A stretch of 27,101 bases of DNA from Candidatus Heimdallarchaeota archaeon (GTDB taxonomy: Archaea; Asgardarchaeota; Heimdallarchaeia; Heimdallarchaeales; Heimdallarchaeaceae): positions 1 to 27,101 of the forward strand of contig JABCTC010000045.1 of NCBI GenBank assembly GCA_018238545.1. The letters run 5' to 3'. Numbering within the stretch: the stretch's first letter is position 1; every line of letters starts with the position of its first letter. Below the pieces are notes generated by a model. The model was given only the letters and a program-made list of their open reading frames with translations. It was not told the origin of the DNA and did not search any database. Both the position numbers and the translations under genes were made by a program. This document shows positions 19,433 through 27,101 of the stretch, piece after piece.

Positions 19433-21250
19433 TTGGTGTATATTGTGAAAAAACAATTTTTTATAGTTTTTAGCGTTCTTCTTCTTGTTTCACCCTACAT
19501 TTATCAAAGTAATAGAACTGTAGCAGAAACAAATGAAGAATTCAATAAAATTACTTCTAAAGGTACTGATTATTCAAATTGGTTTTGGACTGAGATTGAA
19601 GTTTTGTCTTCAGGTGATGATGATGCATATCTCGCAGATATGGTTGTGGATGAATCAAATAATATTCATATAACTTGGCTAGATGATACTGATGATTTAA
19701 TTGATTCAGGATTTGACAGAGATATATTCTATATGAATTGGGACTATAGTACAGAAACTTGGTCTAGCATTGAAGTTGTTTCTACTGAGGGAAGTTTAAC
19801 TTCTGAAAATAGCCAACTAGCTATTGATTCACATGGTAACCTACACATTGTTTGGCTAGACTATGCTGATTTATTAGGTGCAGGAGGTTCCGATGTAGAT
19901 GTTTTCTATCGAATGCGCACCTCTGCAGGTGTATGGTCTTCCTATGCTCTCATCTCTGATGTAAGTGAGAATAATTGTCAGGAAATATCAATAGTAATCG
20001 ATAGTGAAGATAACATTTACGTTGCTTGGTCAGATCCTACAGATGTTGGTGATTTGGGGGGAACAGATAGTGATATTTTCTATAATGTCTATGATGATAG
20101 TTCTAGTATGTGGAAGGGGATGACTTTAGTAACTGATGATTCTTCAGGCGTTTCAATCGAACCTCATTTAGTTGCAGACAATATGGACTTTATCCATCTT
20201 GTTTGGACTGATAAAACTGATATTTATGGAGCGGGAATTGATTATGACATCTTTTACAAGAAATTCTCTTCATCATTAGCTACTTGGTCCTCAACTCAAC
20301 TAGTAAGTACAGAAAGCACAGCTGATTCTCGTGATGGACGAATGGGTATAGATAGCGAATATTCTCTTCATGTTGTTTGGCACGATTCAACAGATTATGA
20401 AGGATCAAGTTTCGATATGGATATTTTTTACAAATATTATGATTCCGACCTCTCTTCATGGAAAACAACAGAAGTAATATCGGTCTTTTCAGATCTTGCA
20501 GCTGCTCTCCCTGATATTGTAATTGATGATTATGATACAATCCACTTAACTTGGGAAGATCTAACTGATTATGGCGGTATTGGCACGGATTGGGACGTCG
20601 TTTATCAGTACAAAGAGAAGAATTCTAATCAATGGTCTCAAATGGCTATTGTATCTCTTGACCCTGATGTTAATTCATTTGTTCCGAAAATCTTCCTCGA
20701 TAATAACAACCATATTCTAATTTCATGGTACGATGATACAGACTATTTAGGTTCAGGTGGCGATTATGACATCTTCCTCAGAAAGTTTGTTGGACCCCCA
20801 GAAGCAACTATTCTCCATTCTTTTAGTACTGATAGCATAGAAATCGGTAATTTAACTATTATTTGGGAAGAAGTTCCTAGTGCAGAAAGTTACGATGTTT
20901 ATAGAGATTCTACTTTCATAACTTCAGTTGGATCATTATCACGTTTAGCAACTGTTAATGATGAAAGCTATCGGGATTCTTTAGATACAATAGGAGATTA
21001 TTTCTATACTGTAGTTGCCACGAATCGTTATGGAGATAGTGATCTTTCCAATATAGTATCTATTGCTGTGTTTGAAGTAGAACCACCAGAAGTAGAACAA
21101 ACAGGTTTATTCCAAACTATTAAACTTGGAGAAATTCTTATACTAGCTGGTATCTTAGGTGCGTTTCAATTAGTACTTGTTACGATTGTTGTTGTTCTAT
21201 TCAAAACTGTTCCTTCACAGAAAGAAAAGAAGGGAAGCAAGAAAAAATAG
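19433..21250 (+). CDS. Secreted repeat (probable beta-propeller) protein with FN3-like domain and C-terminal TM anchor
   Basis: About 7 repeats of ~59 aa (IDSxxNIHIVWxDxTDxxGxGxDxDIFY...W...VS), then WEEVPSAESYDVYR...YFYTVVATNRYGDS, TM helix and Lys tail. Confidence 0.85.
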   Translation: MVYIVKKQFFIVFSVLLLVSPYIYQSNRTVAETNEEFNKITSKGTDYSNWFWTEIEVLSSGDDDAYLADMVVDESNNIHITWLDDTDDLIDSGFDRDIFYMNWDYSTETWSSIEVVSTEGSLTSENSQLAIDSHGNLHIVWLDYADLLGAGGSDVDVFYRMRTSAGVWSSYALISDVSENNCQEISIVIDSEDNIYVAWSDPTDVGDLGGTDSDIFYNVYDDSSSMWKGMTLVTDDSSGVSIEPHLVADNMDFIHLVWTDKTDIYGAGIDYDIFYKKFSSSLATWSSTQLVSTESTADSRDGRMGIDSEYSLHVVWHDSTDYEGSSFDMDIFYKYYDSDLSSWKTTEVISVFSDLAAALPDIVIDDYDTIHLTWEDLTDYGGIGTDWDVVYQYKEKNSNQWSQMAIVSLDPDVNSFVPKIFLDNNNHILISWYDDTDYLGSGGDYDIFLRKFVGPPEATILHSFSTDSIEIGNLTIIWEEVPSAESYDVYRDSTFITSVGSLSRLATVNDESYRDSLDTIGDYFYTVVATNRYGDSDLSNIVSIAVFEVEPPEVEQTGLFQTIKLGEILILAGILGAFQLVLVTIVVVLFKTVPSQKEKKGSKKK

Positions 21251-21348
21251 ATTCTTCTCCTTCTCTTATTTTTTTCATTTTCTATATAATTTTGATGTAA
21301 AGTTTAAAAACCAGTACTCACTGATTAAATAAATTATATGGTGATTAT

Positions 21349-21876
21349 TTGGCAAGTCGACGAATACATCTTTTTGGTGGAACCCTCTTCTGGGGTGTTT
21401 TCTTAGGAATTTTCTATGCACTAGATGTGAATACTAATTTGATTGATATTAATTTTATAAATAGTGGAGGTTTTCATGGACTTTGGATTGTACTTTCCTT
21501 CATGGTTACTCATTTCGGTGCCCAACTTCCTGATTATGATCTAATTTGGGATAAAGTTCTTCCACATAGGAATGTTCTCACACACTCAGTTTTCCTTCCT
21601 CTACTCTTATGTATACCCCTATATTGGGTGAATTCAAGTACCCTTTTCCTTGTTCCGATATATGCTTTCTATTTGATTGGACATGCTTCACATCTGTTCT
21701 TTGATTTACGTCCAAAGAGCTGGAAAGGAACAGCATTAATTCATATATTCTGGGTAAACGATGATGGAAGAAAAACTTTCCCAGCAAAATCTTCTAAACT
21801 GTTCTTGCTAATCAATGGAATAATAGTTTTGGTTGCTGGAATAATATTGCTATACTTCTTTCAAGCATGGATTTAG
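21349..21876 (+). CDS. Membrane-bound metal-dependent hydrolase (YdjM/DUF457-like)
   Basis: N-terminal H, GAQLPDYD, HRNVLTHS, SHLFFD. GGTGA SD before TTG. Confidence 0.82.
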   Translation: MASRRIHLFGGTLFWGVFLGIFYALDVNTNLIDINFINSGGFHGLWIVLSFMVTHFGAQLPDYDLIWDKVLPHRNVLTHSVFLPLLLCIPLYWVNSSTLFLVPIYAFYLIGHASHLFFDLRPKSWKGTALIHIFWVNDDGRKTFPAKSSKLFLLINGIIVLVAGIILLYFFQAWI

Positions 21877-21950
21877 AAATAATGAGTTTACCTTTTCTCA
21901 TTTTTCTTTTTAATTCTATAATTTGATTATGTAAAACTTCCTTGAAAGGT

Positions 21951-22415
21951 TCAAAGATTGTTTTGTTTAGATTGCTTTCTATTTGCTATGAAAAAGATTA
22001 GGAGTATTATGATTAATTCTAAAATTAATGTAGCAACATATGCATCAATGAAATAAACATACCATCTTTCAATGTTTCCACACCCTTGACGTTGATATTG
22101 GATAAAACCTACTCTTGTCAATATTCCAAGTATAAAAAGGAAACTTCTGTTAATCACATATATTAACAAGGTCTTTTTTGTTACATGTCTCTCTTTGATG
22201 ATAAGAATTACTATAATTGAAGATGAGATCAAAGATAGAGCAAATAATATAGCTGTTCCTGGGTAAAATGGATAAATGTAACATAACATAGTTGGTTGAT
22301 AAAATAAAAAATAAGATCCCAAGAAACAAATTGCGGATATAAATGTGAATATTTCATGGATTAGCTTTGTTTCTTTAATAAATTGAAAGAAATGTGTGAG
22401 ACTTACTTTTTCCAT
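21951..22415 (-). CDS. Hypothetical 4-TM membrane protein
   Basis: Four hydrophobic segments; co-oriented with neighbours. Confidence 0.6.
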   Translation of the reverse strand: MEKVSLTHFFQFIKETKLIHEIFTFISAICFLGSYFLFYQPTMLCYIYPFYPGTAILFALSLISSSIIVILIIKERHVTKKTLLIYVINRSFLFILGILTRVGFIQYQRQGCGNIERWYVYFIDAYVATLILELIIILLIFFIANRKQSKQNNL

Positions 22416-22541
22416 CTAGCCACATTCGTATTTTACTAATATAAACATAACCAATTGAGGAATAGTAAATATCTTCATAGTGGTTATTGTAACAACGATG
22501 ATGTTGTAGTCAGAAACATGTCGTCTTTTTAGCGTATGATA

Positions 22542-23138
22542 TTACTTTATATGGTCTGTATAGTTAACAAGTTCAACACGGAACTTATCTTCTTTTACTT
22601 TATCGAATCTGATAATGTTTATACAGCAATTTCCTTGAGATAACATTTTAAGAAAAGGTGAACCAAATATTTCAGAGAAAATTGTACGAGTTACTCCACC
22701 ATGAGTTACAATCAAGATGTTACTCTCATCTTCATTTTCATTCACAATCTCAAGAAACTTAGTCCATATTCGTTCCGTGAATACATCCAGACGTTCCCCT
22801 CCTGACTGTAGAACCATCTTATTAAAATCCCCGACACTCTTCAGTTTATCTAAGAATATTTTGATTGCTACACCATCAAGTTTACCTGAAGTATGTTCCA
22901 TGAGTTCATCATATTCTATAACAGGTAAATCCAATTCTGATGCAATAATTTTAGCAGTTTCACTTGCTCTACTCAAACTTGAAGAGAAAATTTTTACAAT
23001 ATTTCTTCCTTTGAGAAATTTAGCTGTAGCTTGTGCTTCTTTTTTACCAGTCTCATTTAGAGGGATATCGATGTGCCCTGTTGTGAAATGTTTCTTTCCA
23101 TAATCTGTTTCACCATGTCTGACAAGGTAGATATTCAT
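22542..23138 (-). CDS. Histidine phosphatase (phosphoglycerate mutase/CobC-like family)
   Basis: LVRHGET, SSSLSRASETA, GE, VTHGG, GNCCI. Confidence 0.93.
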   Translation of the reverse strand: MNIYLVRHGETDYGKKHFTTGHIDIPLNETGKKEAQATAKFLKGRNIVKIFSSSLSRASETAKIIASELDLPVIEYDELMEHTSGKLDGVAIKIFLDKLKSVGDFNKMVLQSGGERLDVFTERIWTKFLEIVNENEDESNILIVTHGGVTRTIFSEIFGSPFLKMLSQGNCCINIIRFDKVKEDKFRVELVNYTDHIK

Positions 23139-23206
23139 AAACGGAATTCAATTAAAGCAAATAAAAAGGTTAGGGAAGCTTATAGAAATCTCTGAAATGT
23201 TATTAT

Positions 23207-23977
23207 TTATGAAAGGAGTCTTATTATTCCCTTTTTCCTACTTGTGGTGATTCTGTTGATTATAACTTTGATTATCAGATACGATCCACACAAAATTAAA
23301 GCTATGTCTATATAAGCACCTAGCAGAATCATTCCGAAAAATCCAAAATAAATTGTTAAAGCTCCAACAAATGTTGTTAGCATGATAGGTATTGGTTTCT
23401 TTGCAAGTATCAATACAGCTGCTATCATGACCAATGTGGGACAATTTACACCTCCTAAAGGAGAATAAAGAAGAGCATTCAAAGCTATTGGCGCCTCAAC
23501 CCAATGCAGATACCAGAAACCAAAGAAAAAACCAACGCCTGCGAACATCCAATCAACAATTCTAGCATTCTCTAAATCAAACTCTAATTTTTTTGATATA
23601 AATGCAATAAGGATTAGGGCTGTTATGACTCCAAAGAAGAGGATATTTGGTATCACTACATAAACACTTGAAACAATTGTGCTAGATAGTGCAAGAATAA
23701 GGATTATTGTAAAAAAGATCTGATTCCTATATCGTTTCCACACAATTCCTGTTACCAGAAGAAGAAATATTCCTATGTGTATTGCAAGAAAATAGTACTT
23801 CAATTGACTGCTGATTATTGAAAGGGTGCTTGTTATTTGTGCAGGAGTCCTCATAAATGTCATAATTACTACTAACAAAAAGGCTAATCCCAACAAGCTC
23901 CACGCAAGTATACTTCTCCAATTATACTTCATTTCGTTTTTATTTTTCAAATCTACCGTTTTATTCATATTACTCAC
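23207..23977 (-). CDS. Polytopic membrane protein with GGVNCPT motif (DUF6064-like, tentative)
   Basis: About 8 TM helices and a CPT motif. Downstream of the ArsR gene, with a shared operator. Confidence 0.65.
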   Translation of the reverse strand: MSNMNKTVDLKNKNEMKYNWRSILAWSLLGLAFLLVVIMTFMRTPAQITSTLSIISSQLKYYFLAIHIGIFLLLVTGIVWKRYRNQIFFTIILILALSSTIVSSVYVVIPNILFFGVITALILIAFISKKLEFDLENARIVDWMFAGVGFFFGFWYLHWVEAPIALNALLYSPLGGVNCPTLVMIAAVLILAKKPIPIMLTTFVGALTIYFGFFGMILLGAYIDIALILCGSYLIIKVIINRITTSRKKGIIRLLS

Positions 23978-24002
23978 TTTTCAGATTTATTATACCTATA
24001 AG

Positions 24003-24024
24003 TATATAAGTATATACTTATATA
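24003..24024. promoter_or_regulatory. Perfect 22-bp palindrome containing TATAAGT-atat-ACTTATA; probable ArsR operator
   Basis: TATATAAGTATATACTTATATA, ~25 nt upstream of the membrane-protein gene. Same core at 24463-24480. Confidence 0.7.
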
Positions 24025-24087
24025 AATATTTCTTAATCTGCATCTCTTGTGTTTCATATTTTTCTTAACTAACGTAAAACTGCTCTA

Positions 24088-24456
24088 TTAACTGGAGACG
24101 TCCTCACAGTCATCTCTAAATGGACATTCTTCACACTGTCCTCCCTGAGAACATCTAGTAAAAGCAAACTCATACATCTTATCTACAAGTTTTTTCTGTT
24201 TTCTGAACTCAACAAGATTCAAGAAATAGTATATCTTTGGTCTTTCCTTTTTTGAATAGAGGATATTAACATTTTTCAGAACTTTCAAGTGTTGTGAGAT
24301 GGCGGGTTGTGATACTCCTAGTTTGTCTGCTAAGTCTACTACGCACAATTTTTCTTCCATGTTAGATGCAAGTAATCTGATCAATCTCAACCTTGTAGGA
24401 TCCGATAAAGCTTTGAAAACCTCTGATATCTCCAGTATCTCCTTCTTCATTGACAT
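24088..24456 (-). CDS. ArsR/SmtB family transcriptional repressor with C-terminal four-Cys tail
   Basis: FKALSDPTRLRLI, LCVVDLA, SQPAISQHLKVLK; tail CSQGGQCEECPFRDDC. Confidence 0.93.
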   Translation of the reverse strand: MSMKKEILEISEVFKALSDPTRLRLIRLLASNMEEKLCVVDLADKLGVSQPAISQHLKVLKNVNILYSKKERPKIYYFLNLVEFRKQKKLVDKMYEFAFTRCSQGGQCEECPFRDDCEDVSS

Positions 24457-24462
24457 TAAGAG

Positions 24463-24480
24463 TATAAGTGATTACTTATA
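24463..24480. promoter_or_regulatory. TATAAGT-gatt-ACTTATA, probable ArsR autoregulatory operator
   Basis: 6 nt upstream of the ArsR ATG; arms identical to 24005-24022. Confidence 0.7.
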
Positions 24481-24539
24481 ATTAAACGTTGTCACTGTAT
24501 CTGGCTTCTACTCCAGTGAACTACAATCTAAAATCGAAA

Positions 24540-25058
24540 CTATACTTCTACTTCTTCTTTTTCCATCTTCTTTTTCTGTTGATATCTTAGGAAGTATTTC
24601 AAACCTAAGATAATCGTCCCAACTAAAAACATTATTCCTAAAATAAGATAAACTGCACGTGAGGATGTAAGATTAAGCAAGATTCCATTTGTGTTTGAAA
24701 ATGGATAAAAGAACATTATTTCACTATAGAGGATAGCATCAAAAAAGATGTGAGAAAACAAACCTAAAATCCCTGAAAGAAGAGAAATATAGATCTTATA
24801 TTTAGGTAGATATCTATCCAGTTTAAGAAATTTGTAGCACAACCAACTTATGAATGATGTAGGAATAAAGAATACGATAACCCCCAAAGTGCTATGCATA
24901 ATTCCATGCATTTGACCGATACCAGTAATTAAATAGAAAATTGGTTCAACATCAATAATTATTGTACCTATCAATAATGCAATAGGATCAACAAAAGGTA
25001 AAATACTAAAAATGAAAATAGCAAAACCGAGATGTACAGGAGTGAAAGGCATTATCAT
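24540..25058 (-). CDS. Membrane-bound metal-dependent hydrolase (DUF4184/YdjM-like)
   Basis: MPFTPVH, IIIDVEP, HGIMHS, SHIFFDA, FFYPF. Confidence 0.8.
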   Translation of the reverse strand: MIMPFTPVHLGFAIFIFSILPFVDPIALLIGTIIIDVEPIFYLITGIGQMHGIMHSTLGVIVFFIPTSFISWLCYKFLKLDRYLPKYKIYISLLSGILGLFSHIFFDAILYSEIMFFYPFSNTNGILLNLTSSRAVYLILGIMFLVGTIILGLKYFLRYQQKKKMEKEEVEV

Positions 25059-25181
25059 TTAATACTTGGAATCAGTATATTTATCTTTTGTCCAATGATT
25101 TGTGCTAAGTTTAGAAAGTATAACATCCCGCTTAATCTTCAATTACAATAATAATTTAAGGAACCAAAACCCTCCAATAAT

Positions 25182-26216
25182 ATGAGTACGGATGATGTTC
25201 AGTCAAATATACATGCTCTAGAAGTACAGAAAGAGTTGAAAAAACTTAATATTATCCCCGACAATTCAGAAATTAATAGCTATAGACAATTACAAGGTGG
25301 AGCCGATACAACAATTTTCGAGATAAGCTTCCACAACCATTCAAAGAAATATATTCAAAGAATTTTTAGACCTAATGTATCAACTCAATCTGCCAAATTT
25401 GAATATAGTATTCAAAAAACGCTCTTTGAAAATGGTATTAGTGTCCCTCAAACATACCTGATGAAATTAACTCCAAACACACGAGAAAGAGCGTATTTTA
25501 TTATGGAAAAAATTGAAGGTATAATATTGGAACGAGTATTAGATAAGAATCCAGAACAACTTATGCAATTAGTAGAAAAACTTCTACAAGAATTACATAA
25601 AATTCACACTATTGATCCAAAGTTATTACCTCAAATACTGTCACCAGATATTCAAAAGAACCCTTTTGCAATAATAGATCAAATACTAAAAAGACGCAAG
25701 TCAGTAATTGAAAGGTTTCCAAAGGAGCTAAACGAATTAAAGCCGGTTATTGATTGGTTAGAAAAAAATAAAACTAATAATCCTTGTAAAAAATTAGTCG
25801 TTATCCACGGAGATTACAACCCTTTAAACATAATCGTTCAAGAAGATCAAAAATTTCAGATTTTAGATTGGACAGGAGTTGATATCAGCGATTTCAGGAT
25901 GGATCTAGGCTTTCCAGTTGTTGCAATAAGTGGTTTAGCAAAGATGAATTTAGCACCCTTGATTATAAATACATATGAAAAGATATCAGGAAGTAAAGTG
26001 GAAAATTTACCCTATTTTATGATATTGGCTAACACGTACAACTTAATAAGATTCTACAGTGGAATAAACAATCCAACAATAACCAATGAGACTGAAGATA
26101 CTATGAATTTTTTCAAGAAGTTCAAAGAATATCCGTTATTTCTTGTAGATCTGGTTAAAGAAACATGTAACATTGAACTCCATCAAATTAAAGACTATTT
26201 TGTTGTGAAATGTTAA
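25182..26216 (+). CDS. Aminoglycoside phosphotransferase/choline kinase-like (APH family) protein
   Basis: LQGG, EY...L...GISVP, FIMEKIEG, LHKIH, IHGDYNPLNII, ILDW. Confidence 0.9.
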   Translation: MSTDDVQSNIHALEVQKELKKLNIIPDNSEINSYRQLQGGADTTIFEISFHNHSKKYIQRIFRPNVSTQSAKFEYSIQKTLFENGISVPQTYLMKLTPNTRERAYFIMEKIEGIILERVLDKNPEQLMQLVEKLLQELHKIHTIDPKLLPQILSPDIQKNPFAIIDQILKRRKSVIERFPKELNELKPVIDWLEKNKTNNPCKKLVVIHGDYNPLNIIVQEDQKFQILDWTGVDISDFRMDLGFPVVAISGLAKMNLAPLIINTYEKISGSKVENLPYFMILANTYNLIRFYSGINNPTITNETEDTMNFFKKFKEYPLFLVDLVKETCNIELHQIKDYFVVKC

Positions 26217-26261
26217 ACAAGAAGATATTTTAGCATAAACATTCAGCATAAAACCCCAAAT

Positions 26262-26429
26262 GTGACAAGAGCATCAGCTGAGGATGGAGATGTTGACACA
26301 GAAAAATGTATTCAGTGCATTGAATGTATAGATGTATGCCAAACATCTGCAATTAATGCTTCATACAGATTTAATAAATATTTCAAAGAATATATAACAG
26401 TACAAAAAACTGATGAGTTCTCTCAGTAA
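26262..26429 (+). pseudogene. 4Fe-4S ferredoxin-type fragment (55 codons; below the ORF-track cutoff)
   Basis: GTG start: VTRASAEDGDVDTEKCIQCIECIDVCQTSAINASY...; CxxCxxCxxxC with Q replacing the usual P. Confidence 0.6.
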
Positions 26430-26554
26430 GTAAATTTAACATATTTTCATTTCTTATTTTTATTTTGCCTCTTCATGGCATTTGTTGAATTTGTGCCAGA
26501 AAGTTAGAAAAAGATATAAAAACAGTATCACATAGTTGTAATAATTAAAAATAG

Positions 26555-26860
26555 GTGAAAAATTTGGCTAAAACTAATACAATTGGAACAATTATGGTGA
26601 GTGTTTTTATAACACTATTGCTTGTTGGAGTAGGAGGTTATTTTGGTCTTCCAGCTCTCTTCCCTAATTTGAATGAAGATTTAACGGTTGAAGGAGATAT
26701 ATTGCAGACAAAATACAATGAGTGGGAAACAGCCGCTTCTGTTTTTTGGACTGACAACATTTATGAAAAAATGCCTGATACAGAGCTAAATATAACTACA
26801 AATGGCGATTCTAAATTAATTGTCTCATTTGAAGGAACATTTATGCTACGCACGTTATGA
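26555..26860 (+). pseudogene. N-terminally anchored extracellular protein, apparently truncated by the terminal element
   Basis: GGTGA SD then TTG 26564. TM helix, then beta-strand-like sequence. The stop TGA (26858-26860) falls just inside the GC-rich segment. Confidence 0.6.
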
Positions 26861-27101
26861 AACTTGGTCAAACTTGCCAGAGGCGGTCTAACCGTCGTTT
26901 AAGTGGGTCCCCTCACGTGCGTTGAGGGGAAGAATCATGAGGATCATGATTGGGGAAGGAATGAAGGGAGTGCGCATTTACTCCGACAACATTTCCTGCC
27001 ATTGCGCTTCGTGCTGTATGGTTCAAACTTTATTAACTGAGGGACAAGTGTTCAAACACTTGCGAACCATAAATATGGCGAGTTTTCGCCAAGCACTACC
27101 C
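26854..27101 (+). mobile_element. 5' part of a GC-rich, hairpin-dense element (candidate structured ncRNA / non-autonomous IS)
   Basis: 120/251 G+C over 26851-27101. Stems: GGCGGT/ACCGTC (26882-96), TCCCCTCA/TGAGGGGA (26908-30), AATCATGA/TCATGATT (26933-51), GGAGT/ACTCC (26967-84), TATGGTTC/GAACCATA (27017-71) enclosing CAAGTGT/ACACTTG, and TGGCGA/TCGCCA (27076-91). G-U pairs favour the + strand. Confidence 0.6.

Noticed and set aside
26409-26427. CTGATGAG hammerhead-like core
   Set aside because: No stem II followed by GAAA.
26848-27101. Group II intron, group I intron, HDV-like or twister ribozyme, RNase P/SRP RNA, or selenocysteine readthrough of TGA 26858
   Set aside because: No correctly oriented GUGYG start or domain V. 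No P7 motifs. The CGAA after a hairpin lacks the HDV L3/P1.1 elements. Readthrough would hit TAA within 14 codons.

Overview
AT-rich (roughly 30-32% GC by eye) archaeal DNA, inferred to be Asgard/Heimdallarchaeia-like. The basis is GGTGA/GGAGGTG Shine-Dalgarno motifs, frequent TTG/GTG/CTG starts, and typical cell-surface families: GSGTxxDPY-capped parallel beta-helix proteins, TSP3-like repeats, a WxDxTD repeat propeller and a giant FtsX-type permease. The window holds about 22 accessory genes, a frameshifted DinB-like gene and a 4Fe-4S fragment. I found no recognisable replication, integrase, transposase, rRNA, tRNA or CRISPR genes. The most striking signal is at the termini. The last ~250 nt (48% GC) and first ~75 nt (56% GC over 1-70) fold into one continuous hairpin when base 27101 is joined to base 1. 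Together they form a ~322-nt, hairpin-dense element that truncates a gene and is bounded by GCAC. It carries two homologous subterminal modules ending in GTGC, and one loop is complementary to the left insertion junction. It is a candidate non-autonomous, RNA-guided or ssDNA-guided mobile element. Other findings are a TATAAGT-N4-ACTTATA operator pair for an ArsR regulator with a four-Cys tail, a 46-bp direct repeat bracketing a two-gene surface-protein module, and a protein with four CxxC-x17-CxxC domains joined by Arg/Ser-rich linkers.
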